A stretch of 64,000 nt of DNA from a virus: positions 40,951 to 104,950 of IMG/VR virus record IMGVR_UViG_3300042934_000426; one strand, 5' to 3'. Each line of letters starts with the position of its first letter. The stretch's first letter is position 1. Below the pieces are notes generated by a model, which was not told where the DNA came from, did not search any database, and was given only the letters and a program-made list of their open reading frames with translations. This document shows positions 27,539 to 38,293 of the stretch, one piece after another. Made by a program: the position numbers and the translations under genes.

Positions 27539-28123
27539 TTAAAACGTAATACGCCATGTGACGGATAATTGCATACCGTTGGCTTTATTCCACACAGGAA
27601 ACACCTTGTAGTTAAACATATAGCCTGAATTGAGCGTAACCGTGGCGTCGCCACCAAAAAGACCCATTTCGACTAGTGCACCGTTGGCTTCGGTGTCGGT
27701 AAAGCTAACCGTAAACTCAATCACGTTGGTTTCGGTACCTGTTGCATTTCCTGAACCGTCGATGTACGTCCAGGCGCTTATCGCTTTTCGGAATAAGGCG
27801 GTTCGAAGTTGGGTTTGGGTGAGCGATTCAGGTTGTGGCGCTTGTGTCGTGCCTGTTCCGACGCCTGTTCCGACTTCTAGGTGCGTGATACCCGCTCCCC
27901 AATTCGCCCCAGGACGCATACGCTTCGCAATAAATTGAGAAGCCTTCGAAACAATTAAGTTCTTTAGATGGAACTCTTTTTCTGCGTGAAGTTGGCTTCG
28001 GTCTAAGTACCCTTGCCCGTTTGCTTCGTCTATCCATATCATTTTAGGGTCTTCTTTGTGCAAGTAGGCACTAACGAAGCCCTTTGCCCCTAGTGACTGG
28101 TCTTCTTCGAAAAAATAATCCAC
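27539..28123 (-). CDS. Baseplate/tail fibre attachment protein
   Basis: NLIV...ITHLEVGTG...EANG.L.EMGLF pattern; position in the baseplate module. Confidence 0.7.
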   Translation of the reverse strand: MDYFFEEDQSLGAKGFVSAYLHKEDPKMIWIDEANGQGYLDRSQLHAEKEFHLKNLIVSKASQFIAKRMRPGANWGAGITHLEVGTGVGTGTTQAPQPESLTQTQLRTALFRKAISAWTYIDGSGNATGTETNVIEFTVSFTDTEANGALVEMGLFGGDATVTLNSGYMFNYKVFPVWNKANGMQLSVTWRITF

Positions 28124-28136
28124 TAAAACTACCCCC

Positions 28137-29153
28137 TTACATTTCTTTAATAATGGTACCGCCTTGTGTCATGACCATGCTAACTCTTTCAATAATACGT
28201 TTGTCTGATATAGATAGCTTATGTGTGCTGTTCAAACGGCTACTGTTTAATATGAATCCACTCAATGCTTGACCCGCTGGTATAACGGTGTAGTCCTCTT
28301 CGGCTTTTCCGAAGTTAACACTAACGGTTCGATACGATTGGTTAATGGATGGGAACGTATCCCCTTTAAAGCTTCGGAAGGACACAGGGTAGTCTTCTGA
28401 AAAGTCCACCGCATAGTTCAGAATGTAGTCTACGCCCGCCCCTTTTAAGGTCTTAATGAGGTCATGAATCTTTTGAGCGGAAGACATATATTCAGGTGTA
28501 ACACGGACTTCGAATTTCGCTGGTAGATAGTCTTGCACCTTTACCACCGCATTAATGTAAAAGCTTACGAGCTCTTCGATAGCGACGTCATTCGCTTTTA
28601 CACGGTTAATAGACAAAAACGCTCTTCGAAGGAGCATTTCATCGGTTTCATCACGTAATCTCTTAATCTTGAAAAATCCTACCCAATAATCCAGCCATTC
28701 GCCCCGTGCGGACGGTAAAAGGATTTGCTCGACCGCTACGTCGATGTCATTACCCGCTTCGGTTAGCTTTCGATGGAACGGGTACATCACCCGCCATAGA
28801 TTTGATGTAAAGCCATAGAGGGTTTCCCCGTCATTTAAAAGGCTTCGGTTCGCCACTTCGAGAAGAACTAAAGCGGATTCTTGGGCGATATTTGAGTTGA
28901 TAACAGTTAGGTCGTACCCCATTCCCCTAGCGGTCGTCACGACGTCGTTCACCGTCATATCATCCAGGTGGATTTCTTGTGATTGGGTCAAATACTTCGA
29001 ATAAGGTAAAGAGTGGAAGGATAAAATTCCACTCTCGATAGTCAATAAATGATGTTGACCTGTACCCTTCCGAAGTGTAAGTGTAGGGGAGATACGACTG
29101 TTTTCATACCATATTCGGTTCACTTTTTCGAGCAAATTGCGTAGCATTTGCAT
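28137..29153 (-). CDS. Baseplate wedge protein
   Basis: ARGEWLDYW...R..ETD...RR motif; follows baseplate J; start reassigned to MQMLRN. Confidence 0.75.
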   Translation of the reverse strand: MQMLRNLLEKVNRIWYENSRISPTLTLRKGTGQHHLLTIESGILSFHSLPYSKYLTQSQEIHLDDMTVNDVVTTARGMGYDLTVINSNIAQESALVLLEVANRSLLNDGETLYGFTSNLWRVMYPFHRKLTEAGNDIDVAVEQILLPSARGEWLDYWVGFFKIKRLRDETDEMLLRRAFLSINRVKANDVAIEELVSFYINAVVKVQDYLPAKFEVRVTPEYMSSAQKIHDLIKTLKGAGVDYILNYAVDFSEDYPVSFRSFKGDTFPSINQSYRTVSVNFGKAEEDYTVIPAGQALSGFILNSSRLNSTHKLSISDKRIIERVSMVMTQGGTIIKEM

Positions 29154-29169
29154 GTAGGTCACCCCTCTT

Positions 29170-30312
29170 TTACACTTCGTAAATAATCGAATTGTTAACG
29201 GCAATCGTGGTCGCTCCGACCGTTATGTTATCCATTACGTACGACGTGCCGTTGTTGACGGACAAATTCACTTTAATATCATAAACCCCGTTGACGAGCT
29301 TGATAAGAGCGGAAAGTTCGGAATGGACGATGGTTTGTCCTAAACGAAGACGATAGAAGAAGGACTGAATTTCTTTTTCGACCATTTTCTTTACGTCACT
29401 TTCGATTGCCCACTCTGCAACCGTCAATTTCAGTTTAATTTTAACATAGGTCACATTGGCTGGGTAGATGTTCACTTTCGTCCCCGCAATTTTATAGCCG
29501 TATACCCGTGACCCATTGACGTCGGTATATCCCCGAAGGATTTTCTGTATTTCGGTTTGAAGGTTAGCCGAAGGTGCTCCTACCCCATTCCATACATACA
29601 AGTCTACCTGACCTAGCTTCGTTACCAGGTCTTCGGTCGCACTTGCTTGTAAAACTTGTTCCGTTACAAGACCATTGCTGTCCACAAGCTTCGCTGTCTT
29701 CGCTCCGTATTCAATAGCGGGTAGTGTTCCCCTAGAGTTCGAATCCATGTAATCCTGAAAACGTACTTTTTGGTCTTCGGGTGTTTCTTCGTCCTTCCCG
29801 TTAATGAAGGCTCTTGGATTGGTCACCGTATCAAGACCGAAGGGCTTTTGAACGAAGGTGTTAATCGTTCCCGCTTCGACGTTGCTAACCGCTCCCGCTT
29901 CGTTGCATATCACTAACACTTCGACGGACGTATACCCGATGGGTAACACAGCGTCCACAGCGGTATGGAAAATGATAGGCGGTCGGTATTCATTCGGCTC
30001 TGCGATAACTTCGGTTCCCGCTGGGATAAAAATCTCTTCGGTCGAAGGCTCTTCACGTCCAAAGATAACGGTGTCGGAAGACGGAACCGCTTGTGCCTTA
30101 TCGAAGCCGATAACCGCATACAGGTTCGTTTCGATTAATTTCTTCGCGGAACGGAAGGCACGGTCATACAATCCTTCAATCGCTACAGCGAAGGCTTCGA
30201 AAAGGGTACGTATAACTGACCCTCTTCGGAAGTCTGTAAGTTTCGGGCTCACCGCCCGTGCCCATTTCATCATTTTGTCTAGCGTTTGTTCTTTACTCTG
30301 ACGTTCGAACAT
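29170..30312 (-). CDS. Baseplate J-like protein
   Basis: TDF..GSV.RTL.EA, IPAGT, G...NV..G.I and NG.DEET...K.RF motifs. Confidence 0.9.
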   Translation of the reverse strand: MFERQSKEQTLDKMMKWARAVSPKLTDFRRGSVIRTLFEAFAVAIEGLYDRAFRSAKKLIETNLYAVIGFDKAQAVPSSDTVIFGREEPSTEEIFIPAGTEVIAEPNEYRPPIIFHTAVDAVLPIGYTSVEVLVICNEAGAVSNVEAGTINTFVQKPFGLDTVTNPRAFINGKDEETPEDQKVRFQDYMDSNSRGTLPAIEYGAKTAKLVDSNGLVTEQVLQASATEDLVTKLGQVDLYVWNGVGAPSANLQTEIQKILRGYTDVNGSRVYGYKIAGTKVNIYPANVTYVKIKLKLTVAEWAIESDVKKMVEKEIQSFFYRLRLGQTIVHSELSALIKLVNGVYDIKVNLSVNNGTSYVMDNITVGATTIAVNNSIIYEV

Positions 30313-31259
30313 TATACCGTGCCCCCTATCTGTAGACCTATTAGCTCTATAACCTCTTCTAGGCTCACGACTTTCATTGCTACGTCTATTCTAACCGACC
30401 CTTCGGAAGGCTGTATATGAATGTTTTTTATCGTAGGTTCATGAATTCGGTCTTCGTAGGAAAGAGCCTCTAATATTTCGATTTCTAAGCGCTTCGGAAG
30501 TGCTTCTGCTGGGATACTTCCATTTCCGATAATCGTAGGAATATTGGTTCCCCAATTATAATCGCTTGGATTATCCCCTTTTTCCGCTTTTAATCGTTGG
30601 GCAACGGCTTGCTTCACATTGTCGACGAAGCTAACGGTAGCAAGGTCACCGTTTAAGGATATCACGAAGTCGTCTTGCTCTAACTTTATGTCCTCTCCAT
30701 AAAAATACTTTGCTCGGTTGTAGCCTCCATCCGTAGTCAAAAGGATATCGTTCTCTTCCGAAGGAATAAACAGGTAATCCCCCGTTGTTAAAACTTTGCC
30801 TTCGATACCGCCCCGAATCGGGCTAGGATTGGTGACGACGGAAAAGTGAACGAAGTGTCGAGCGAAGTCGTCCCCTAGCACTTGCACCGCATTATTCAGC
30901 GTATTTCCCTGTAAACCTGGAACCATGGAACGGACGTGCAAATAAGCTTCGGAAGTCCCCGCTGGTATTGTCACATCTTGTGTGGTTACGTAGGTTTTGA
31001 CGACGGCATTGAGAATACTCGGCTTCGTATGAAGCTTCCAGCCTTTTTTCACTGTTACGTCCGATTGGGCATTTTCTCGTTTCACATACATGTACCCTTG
31101 GGCATAGGTAAGGAAGCGGTCTTCGTCTTCGGTGCTGATATAGGGACTAACTAGACTATTATATTCAATAATATCCATTACCCTAGTTTCATTTCCGAAG
31201 TATCTTACGGATAACGATTCGAGCGTGTCCATATCCGTCAATTTATGTCGTACAGGCAT
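30312..31259 (-). CDS. Baseplate wedge protein (LysM-like N-terminus, gp25-like C-terminus)
   Basis: DTLESLSVRYFG N-terminus; GDLATV...NVKQAV..RL..EKG...EDRI C-terminus. Confidence 0.75.
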   Translation of the reverse strand: MPVRHKLTDMDTLESLSVRYFGNETRVMDIIEYNSLVSPYISTEDEDRFLTYAQGYMYVKRENAQSDVTVKKGWKLHTKPSILNAVVKTYVTTQDVTIPAGTSEAYLHVRSMVPGLQGNTLNNAVQVLGDDFARHFVHFSVVTNPSPIRGGIEGKVLTTGDYLFIPSEENDILLTTDGGYNRAKYFYGEDIKLEQDDFVISLNGDLATVSFVDNVKQAVAQRLKAEKGDNPSDYNWGTNIPTIIGNGSIPAEALPKRLEIEILEALSYEDRIHEPTIKNIHIQPSEGSVRIDVAMKVVSLEEVIELIGLQIGGTV

Positions 31260-31272
31260 TGGCTATCGCTCC

Positions 31273-31659
31273 TTATATGGCGTTTTTATCCACTTCGTTA
31301 GAAGGGTTGTAAGGCTCCGTGCTGACGTATTCGTTCCCGTTGGCTGTATGACTATACAAAAGGTCGTTAAACCCCTCCTGGATAGCTCTAATGTTGATTA
31401 GAATGTCATAGCATACGTTCGGGGCTCTACCTAGCACATCACATACATTATGGCTCGTTTCTAGTACGTTCCGAAGTTCGGCTATATTCAAGTACACTTT
31501 TTCTGCTCGTCTATCGTTATACGCGTTTATCGCTTCTTGAACTTTTTGTGCGTAGGTGTATATCAAGCCTATATCCGCACTAACCGTCGCTACTTCAGGG
31601 AAATTAGAATAGAGAAATTCTTCCTTTGGGCTTCGTTGGCTTTTCGGTAGTATACTCAT
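31273..31659 (-). CDS. Tail/baseplate-region hypothetical protein
   Basis: Position in the module. Confidence 0.6.
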   Translation of the reverse strand: MSILPKSQRSPKEEFLYSNFPEVATVSADIGLIYTYAQKVQEAINAYNDRRAEKVYLNIAELRNVLETSHNVCDVLGRAPNVCYDILINIRAIQEGFNDLLYSHTANGNEYVSTEPYNPSNEVDKNAI

Positions 31660-32273
31660 TCAATTATCCACCCCCCGCTTCGCTGGTACCCGCTTCGTTC
31701 GAACTGGCTACCTATCTCCCCCATGTAGCTTATCGCATTGGTTAGGTCGGTACTTACGTGGGCATTAGGGTCGTAGCCTGTTTTGCTTAGTAAATCTTGT
31801 TGCCCTAACTTTTTCGTACAAACAAAACGAAGCTCATAGCGGTAAAGCGTGGCTTCTGATTTGCTTCGCATTAAACGGAATGATAGTGGAACGACTTTGT
31901 AGAATTCGGAATCTTCCCAATTAAACCAATACATTTCGATTTGTGTCGACTTCGTTTCCACATAATAGCGGTAGACTTTATCTCGAAAAGCTTTCCATTC
32001 GGTATACCCATCGAATACGTCACCTGACGCTTTTCTCCTGGCGTGGAAGCCTGTTGTGCCTGAAATAGACACATTCGGTAACCCCTTACCGAAGTCGCTG
32101 ATATACGCACCGCCTAGCGTTTGTACGACGTTCGTTCGTGGCGGTTCATCCATGGACATATCAGAGGGATTCAGCAAAAGCGTATGGGTATACACAATTT
32201 TACCGTTGTTCCGAATCTCGAAGGTATATTTATAAAAGCTTCGAGCTAGTCGTGAGGATAGTAATTGTGGCAT
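31656..32273 (-). CDS. Tail tube initiator / baseplate protein
   Basis: LNPSDM...RTNVVQTLGG...DFG....ISGTTG motif. Confidence 0.7.
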   Translation of the reverse strand: MPQLLSSRLARSFYKYTFEIRNNGKIVYTHTLLLNPSDMSMDEPPRTNVVQTLGGAYISDFGKGLPNVSISGTTGFHARRKASGDVFDGYTEWKAFRDKVYRYYVETKSTQIEMYWFNWEDSEFYKVVPLSFRLMRSKSEATLYRYELRFVCTKKLGQQDLLSKTGYDPNAHVSTDLTNAISYMGEIGSQFERSGYQRSGGWIIE

Positions 32274-32286
32274 GTATAAACCCCCT

Positions 32287-32865
32287 TTACGTGTTATCGA
32301 TACTTAAATTTTCTCCATTAGCGGTGATACTAGAGCCCGTCATGGTGATGTTTCCTGATAAAGAAATCGCGGGTGCGACTACTTCGACTTTTGTTGTGCC
32401 TGTTAATTTAAGTGTAGGGGCAACTACTTCGACTACTCCCGAAGGTCGAAAAACGCGGGTCTTCGTGGATGTTAGTTCCACGTAAGGACGTTGCTCCTTC
32501 TTCGTATCGTCTAGTAGATTACCTTCTCTATCCTTATCCGAAGCGGGAAGCTGTACCCGTACGTAGTCTTTTCCAATCAAGATACGATTAGACGTGTAGG
32601 ACTGATTACGAACGAATCCCGCCATATACGGGGTGTCTTTTCTGCCTTCCATATAACCGACAATGACCATATCGCCTTCGATAGGCTCACGGTCGACGTC
32701 GCCTAAGACCCATACGTTTGTTGTGGCTCCATAGTCTAGGAATACGACGTCGATTTTCCCGTACTTCTTATAGTTGGCTACACTAACCACTTTGCCTATT
32801 TTTGTTTTTTCATAGGTGGGTGTTCGATGTACCTTCGGACTTCCTAGTGAGTTTTGTCTTTGCAT
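32287..32865 (-). CDS. Baseplate central spike (gpV-like)
   Basis: OB-fold-like P..GD.V.VG...G...P N-terminus and beta-repeat VEVVAP C-terminus. Confidence 0.75.
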   Translation of the reverse strand: MQRQNSLGSPKVHRTPTYEKTKIGKVVSVANYKKYGKIDVVFLDYGATTNVWVLGDVDREPIEGDMVIVGYMEGRKDTPYMAGFVRNQSYTSNRILIGKDYVRVQLPASDKDREGNLLDDTKKEQRPYVELTSTKTRVFRPSGVVEVVAPTLKLTGTTKVEVVAPAISLSGNITMTGSSITANGENLSIDNT

Positions 32866-32877
32866 GTTACCACCCCT

Positions 32878-34386
32878 TTAATTGACCAATTCGTTTAACT
32901 CCATTCCCCTTGTCACTTGGAGCGTTGTTGTCCAGCCTTCAAACACGTTAAACGAGTGTGAAACGCCTTCGACGTAGAATTCCTTCGTAAACGAAGGAGA
33001 ACGGTACACGACACGATGACCTACTCGGATATTGGCGTTCCCTCTGATTTCCAATGTTCCCGACCAATAGTTGTGATTATTCTCATACCAGGCTTTGAGT
33101 TTGGCGGTGTATGCCTTCGTCATGGTTTCGAGCGTCTTTCCGTGCTTATTCTTTTCGCTTTCTAAGATTTCAAGCCCTTCGATATCCACTTCGAGCGGGC
33201 TTAATCCGTAGCGCTTCACATGAGATTCGTTTATTAAAGGCGGGCACGCTTTTTTTAGGTCTATGCCTAATGGATTAACGGTTGTTCCCGCCCAAAATAA
33301 ATTGTAGTGCTCTCCGTCGCTTTTGGTTAGGTCTTCGTAGTGACATTCGTCTGCGTCGATTCGGTGGCTGACTAAACGGCTTCGAAGAGCAGAGCTGTAA
33401 GGCGTTTCACGAAGGCATAAAACCACCTTCGCCCCGTCTTCTCCGAATTGAAAAGACGTACCTGGGTAAAATCCTTTACCCTTCGGAAGGTTACCTTTTT
33501 CCACACTACTTGATTCTTCGACTTCATGCGGTACCGCTCTTCCTACTTCGGATGGATTCCATGCTTCATTTGGGCTTCGTACGTCTATCCATAGTTCAGT
33601 AAACGGTTTAATCGAAGCTCGTTCAAGCATATTCCATAATGAGCCTTCGTATTGGTCAGCACTAAAGAGGAAAGGAAGGAAGAAGTTAATCTTTCCTAAT
33701 TGATAACGGATAATTTGCCCCGCTTGTATCGTTTGCTTTCCTTTTCTGCCCCCGCCCATTTCATTGTAAACCGTCCACTCGGTATCATGGTATTTCATAA
33801 AGATATACCGCATGATATTGTCAATGAGTACGGCTGGTGTTCCTTTCATAATGCTGTCAGCGGTAAATACTTTCATCATTTCTATCCAGCCTACTTCGGT
33901 CAAGAAATGGCTCGCACTACTTGTTTTTCCTCCAATAGCGGGATAAAACTTCAGTAAGTCTTTTACAAATAGCTTTCCGAAGTCTCTTCCTGAAATCGTC
34001 GTTTGAACGGTAGGCTCCCCGTTTTCTCCTACGCTTCGACGGACGCTAATCGAATCGATTAAGCCCACCATGACCGTCGTGGTGACTTCGCCTATATAGC
34101 CCATTTCTATTACCACAATATCATTTGTGGTAAGGTAGGTTCGCCATTGGCTCCCCGCCAGGGAAATCGTGAAACTCCCAGCGGGGCTTTCTAGCGTTTT
34201 ATTGGTCATAATGGATAACACTTGGTTCATCGGGTTTAAGACTTCTCCGTACTGGTTCGTTTCTCCCCCGTAAGCATGGTAGCACTTTTCCTTCGTATGG
34301 AAACTCACTTTCAACTTCGGTTGATATACTCTAACGTCCAGTGGTGTTCGTAATACGTATTGCATTTCGGTGTTATTCGGATTCAT
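32878..34386 (-). CDS. Baseplate hub protein
   Basis: AGSFTI.L, VMVGLID, ISGRDFGK and C-terminal FYVEGVSH.F....WTT.L.VTRG. Confidence 0.8.
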   Translation of the reverse strand: MNPNNTEMQYVLRTPLDVRVYQPKLKVSFHTKEKCYHAYGGETNQYGEVLNPMNQVLSIMTNKTLESPAGSFTISLAGSQWRTYLTTNDIVVIEMGYIGEVTTTVMVGLIDSISVRRSVGENGEPTVQTTISGRDFGKLFVKDLLKFYPAIGGKTSSASHFLTEVGWIEMMKVFTADSIMKGTPAVLIDNIMRYIFMKYHDTEWTVYNEMGGGRKGKQTIQAGQIIRYQLGKINFFLPFLFSADQYEGSLWNMLERASIKPFTELWIDVRSPNEAWNPSEVGRAVPHEVEESSSVEKGNLPKGKGFYPGTSFQFGEDGAKVVLCLRETPYSSALRSRLVSHRIDADECHYEDLTKSDGEHYNLFWAGTTVNPLGIDLKKACPPLINESHVKRYGLSPLEVDIEGLEILESEKNKHGKTLETMTKAYTAKLKAWYENNHNYWSGTLEIRGNANIRVGHRVVYRSPSFTKEFYVEGVSHSFNVFEGWTTTLQVTRGMELNELVN

Positions 34387-34394
34387 GCTACCAC

Positions 34395-37300
34395 CTACCT
34401 TCGAGTTGGATTCACTAGTAATTTCTGTTGCTCGTAATCTTTAATCGCTTGGGAAATGAGCTTCCGAAGTGAACTTTCTGACCGCTCATTTAGGCTTGCT
34501 ACGTCACCGCCCAGCTTCACATTTACCTGAATCGTCTTCGTCGAAGCGGTGTTTTCCCATTTACCGACGTCAGAATCACCCGCGCCTTGTAAGGCTTTCA
34601 TGAGCTCCATTGGGTTTTTGTATGTCCCTTGTTTACTCAGATAACCTAAGTGTAAGTGAGAACCTGTAGTCGATTCCCCACTACCAGGCTTATTTCTATC
34701 CCCACCGATGTTTCCGATGTACTGACCTTGTGCAACTGTCGCGTTTTTGTTCTTCTTATCGAAGAACTCTTCTAAAATCTTAGGGGCTATCTTCGATAGG
34801 TGGCTGTAGAAGTAGGTTTCGCCATTTTCCATTTCGATACCAATTTCCGTACCGCCTCCGTTCGTGTTCTTCTTCTTGTCTTTGTCATACTTTCCACCGT
34901 CGTCCATCGTAATGAACTTAATCCTACCGCCCGCTAAAGCTTGGATAGAATCTCCCTGATTTCCGTCGATGTCTAAGCCCCCATGCGCTTTTCCTGTACG
35001 AAAGTTTTCCATAGCTCCGAAGCCCGATGTAATACGGTTCTGCCAGCCTTTGAAGAATCCGTCAGCGGTGACGCCTGTTGTAGGGATTCCGAAGTTGCTC
35101 ATATACTTCGTTACGCCATTTACCCAATGCTGGTTTAAGCCTGTCGGGTCGTTCTTCGCTCCTACAGGAGCATACTTCTTTTGAATCTCTTCAATCGTCG
35201 TAAGTCCTTTGTCCGTATAGAGGCGCTTCAAGTTACTTGCCATGGCTTCGATACCCTTTTCGATACTTTCGAAGCTCATTAGACCGTTTTTACCCATCAT
35301 ACCGCCTACGTTGTTTTTATTCTTTACCGCATTAGACGTCCCGTTTCCTGTTTCGTGCATAGCGACCGAAGCAAGAAAAGCGGGGTCAATACCATACTTA
35401 TTACCCGCGCGCATAAAGGCTAGCCCTTGACCTGATAGCTCCCCTTTTAGCTGGCTGTCTAGCTGTTTACCTGTGACGCCTGACATCCTAGTGACATCAT
35501 ACCCACTTCCGAAGTTCCCGTTATCAAAAGCACTTCCACCAGGTATAAGCTCCTTCACAATCTCGATGAAATCGCCCCACATGGTCTTAAAGCCGTCTGC
35601 CCATTTCATATGGGTGTCGGTTACTTTGTCGAGCTCGGTTTTCCCATTTTCCTTGAATTTAATGAGTTGGTCGTTACCATCCCTCTTAAACTCTTCGAAG
35701 GTCTTAGCGGTGTGAACTTTTTGGGATTCGGCTTTATCTTCGACTTTCTTTCCTGAATGGAAAAAGCCTTCGACGCCTTCTTTTAGTCCTAGCCAGTTTT
35801 TCGGGTTCAAGTACTTATAGACGTCCTCTTCGTCAACGAAGGGAATAACACTGGCTAGCTCTGTAAAGAATCGGTCTGTGCCTATGCCCGCTGTTTTCGG
35901 GTCTAGCCCCGCGTTTTTCGCCCACTCTTTATGTTGCTCTTCGGAACCTGGTTTCATTGCTTCACTAATCGCATAGCCCGTACCTAACGTTAGCGCGGTT
36001 GGTAACCCTAAGAATGGGATAATATTCGATAACGTATCTGCGTCCGTGTCTATGCTCTTCTTTTTCTTTTTCTTAGATTTCGACTTCTTTTTATCTTTGT
36101 CACCGATGACCGTTGAATCGTCATCATCGTCCTTGCCTCCACCGCCTAGTAGCGGTAGTCTTTCTGTTAGGATTGACCCTAGTCCCGCTATTGCGCCAAC
36201 GGTCGCTAGCTCTTTCCAATGTTCTTTCATAAAATCAAGAATTTCTTTTGCGGGGTCACCCGAACTTGTAATGGCTTCGAGAACTTCGGTCACGGTTTCT
36301 TTTAGCTCCGTTACGACCGTTAAAATCGGCTGACCGATGTTTTCAAGTTGTTTATCGAAGCGGGAATTCACGTCAAGAATTTTCTGACCTAGCTGACCCA
36401 TACGCTCCTGATACTTCGCTGTTCCGTCCCCGTTTTCCAGGTCTTTCATGACGTCTGCCATTTTATCCTTATCGAAGGCGTTTAAGCCGTCTGTAGCGCT
36501 GTATAGGTCGTCTACCTGGCGCTTCGTCGCATTATAGCCACCGTCTTGTAACCATCGTTGAAGCATACGCTTCATAAGGTCTTCGTTGCCACCTGATTTT
36601 TCCTTTAAGAAGTCAGCCATGGCGGGTAGGTTATCTTCGTTCATTAGTCCGTCTTCGAAGCTCATTTCTAGGTCGTATAGCCCCATATTTCCGTATTTCT
36701 TTGGGTTATGGCGCTGTAGGGCTTGCATGCCCATGTACTTCCAATTATTGCCTTCGCCAGGGGTATAAATGCCCCCTAGACCACCAATGATGTTCGCTCC
36801 TTGCTGACCCGTTAGTTTCATCATGCCTTGCTCCATACCTATTGTATCGAGCGTCGTTTGATAAGCGAGAATTTGTTTCGCTCCCGTGTCTTTTAACGTC
36901 GTATTCATTTGACCTAACAATCCAGCGGACGTTTGCATGACTTCGAGAATACGCGGGGTCATTCCTGACTTCGCTACCGAAGCCCCTATCATATCAGAGA
37001 ATTCGCTTGGACTTGTGGTACCGCCCAGCTCTTTTACGGCTGATAAGCTCGAAGCGGTTTCTTGTACGTCTAGCCCATAAGCTCTTCCGAATTTTAAGGC
37101 ATGTTCGGTTTCGTTCTCACTAAGGGCTCCCGCTTGTCGACTGAAGGAATCTTGAAATTGCCAGGATTCTGCGGACGTGTAGCCCATTTTGTCACGTCGA
37201 CCGATATCCCCCATCGTGTCCCACATACCTTTAGCGGAACCACTGTACTCGTCCCCTCTTATGCGCTGGGATAAGTCCATCGGGGTTACCTGGGAATCAA

Positions 37301-37880
37301 ACGCTTTTTGGTAGGCTTCCATTGCCATCGACGTAATGCCTGATATTCCAGCTAGTCCGAAGGCAAATTTACCTAGCCCCATCATTTTGCCTATACCTGT
37401 ACCGACTAGACCACGCTCGATATTACTTCCTTCGTGACCACCCGAAGAGCGACCAGCTCCCGAACCTGACGTCGGTTGCACTTCGTATCTTTCGGATTCT
37501 TGATTTCGGTTCTTATACAGGTCTTCGACCGCCATTAGTTTCTTTCGAATTAAATCAAGCTCTTTCTCCCGTGCTTTGATTTGCTTATTCAGGTCTTCTT
37601 GTTCTGACCTAGACGATTTTTCCTTCTTACGATTTAGGTCTTCGACGACGGCATTTTGACGGTCGAATTCGCGGTTTAAGTCACGCATAGTGGACTTAAA
37701 TCGCTCCCTATATAAATCAAGAGCACGAAGTTGGGTATCGTCAAACACTCCCCCTCTTCGTGCTCCTTTGTCTATCTCACCTAGGACACTATTAAGGTCT
37801 TTCTGAAGGTGTTTCAAACCCCGTTCGAGCTGACCGAATTCTCCCCTAGCACTCACTCGTATTGAATGTTCACTAGCCAT
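34395..37880 (-). CDS. Tape measure protein with lysozyme/glucosaminidase-like and M23 peptidase domains
   Basis: Helical N-terminus; YGIDPAFLASVAMHETG..NN.GG muralytic domain; HGGLDI...YSHL...HLH M23 motif. Confidence 0.88.
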   Translation of the reverse strand: MASEHSIRVSARGEFGQLERGLKHLQKDLNSVLGEIDKGARRGGVFDDTQLRALDLYRERFKSTMRDLNREFDRQNAVVEDLNRKKEKSSRSEQEDLNKQIKAREKELDLIRKKLMAVEDLYKNRNQESERYEVQPTSGSGAGRSSGGHEGSNIERGLVGTGIGKMMGLGKFAFGLAGISGITSMAMEAYQKAFDSQVTPMDLSQRIRGDEYSGSAKGMWDTMGDIGRRDKMGYTSAESWQFQDSFSRQAGALSENETEHALKFGRAYGLDVQETASSLSAVKELGGTTSPSEFSDMIGASVAKSGMTPRILEVMQTSAGLLGQMNTTLKDTGAKQILAYQTTLDTIGMEQGMMKLTGQQGANIIGGLGGIYTPGEGNNWKYMGMQALQRHNPKKYGNMGLYDLEMSFEDGLMNEDNLPAMADFLKEKSGGNEDLMKRMLQRWLQDGGYNATKRQVDDLYSATDGLNAFDKDKMADVMKDLENGDGTAKYQERMGQLGQKILDVNSRFDKQLENIGQPILTVVTELKETVTEVLEAITSSGDPAKEILDFMKEHWKELATVGAIAGLGSILTERLPLLGGGGKDDDDDSTVIGDKDKKKSKSKKKKKKSIDTDADTLSNIIPFLGLPTALTLGTGYAISEAMKPGSEEQHKEWAKNAGLDPKTAGIGTDRFFTELASVIPFVDEEDVYKYLNPKNWLGLKEGVEGFFHSGKKVEDKAESQKVHTAKTFEEFKRDGNDQLIKFKENGKTELDKVTDTHMKWADGFKTMWGDFIEIVKELIPGGSAFDNGNFGSGYDVTRMSGVTGKQLDSQLKGELSGQGLAFMRAGNKYGIDPAFLASVAMHETGNGTSNAVKNKNNVGGMMGKNGLMSFESIEKGIEAMASNLKRLYTDKGLTTIEEIQKKYAPVGAKNDPTGLNQHWVNGVTKYMSNFGIPTTGVTADGFFKGWQNRITSGFGAMENFRTGKAHGGLDIDGNQGDSIQALAGGRIKFITMDDGGKYDKDKKKNTNGGGTEIGIEMENGETYFYSHLSKIAPKILEEFFDKKNKNATVAQGQYIGNIGGDRNKPGSGESTTGSHLHLGYLSKQGTYKNPMELMKALQGAGDSDVGKWENTASTKTIQVNVKLGGDVASLNERSESSLRKLISQAIKDYEQQKLLVNPTRR

Positions 37881-37918
37881 AGATTACCCCCCTTTATGAA
37901 AACAAAGATAAAGGGAAG

Positions 37919-38293
37919 CTAGTCTATATCTTCCCAATCGTCTTCGTCTATGATTTCCTTCTTCGGAAGTTGGTTATTAGCCGTCTTGTAGATAGCTGGT
38001 GTGTCCGATAAACGACGGTCTATCTCTTCGGATTCCTTATCGTAGTCATCGTAGTCACTGTCTACATAGACTTCCTTATTCTCGTTGCTATTCGCTTTAT
38101 CTAATAAGATATGCTCGAATTCTAAGTCAATTTGTTCAGGTGTCATGGCTAGTATTCGTGGGTCAGTAGGTGGTAAGCACCCTCCGTTCCCCGCATAGAA
38201 CTTCCGAAGGTACCACATTTTACGCTCACTTGGTAGCTGGACTATCTCCTTCAGGTTCAAACTTTTTACGAAAGGAGTTTTCCCATACCTCAT
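37919..38293 (-). CDS. Tail assembly chaperone, frameshift extension (GT-like)
   Basis: In the +1 frame relative to the upstream chaperone; precedes the tape measure gene. Confidence 0.7.
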   Translation of the reverse strand: MRYGKTPFVKSLNLKEIVQLPSERKMWYLRKFYAGNGGCLPPTDPRILAMTPEQIDLEFEHILLDKANSNENKEVYVDSDYDDYDKESEEIDRRLSDTPAIYKTANNQLPKKEIIDEDDWEDID

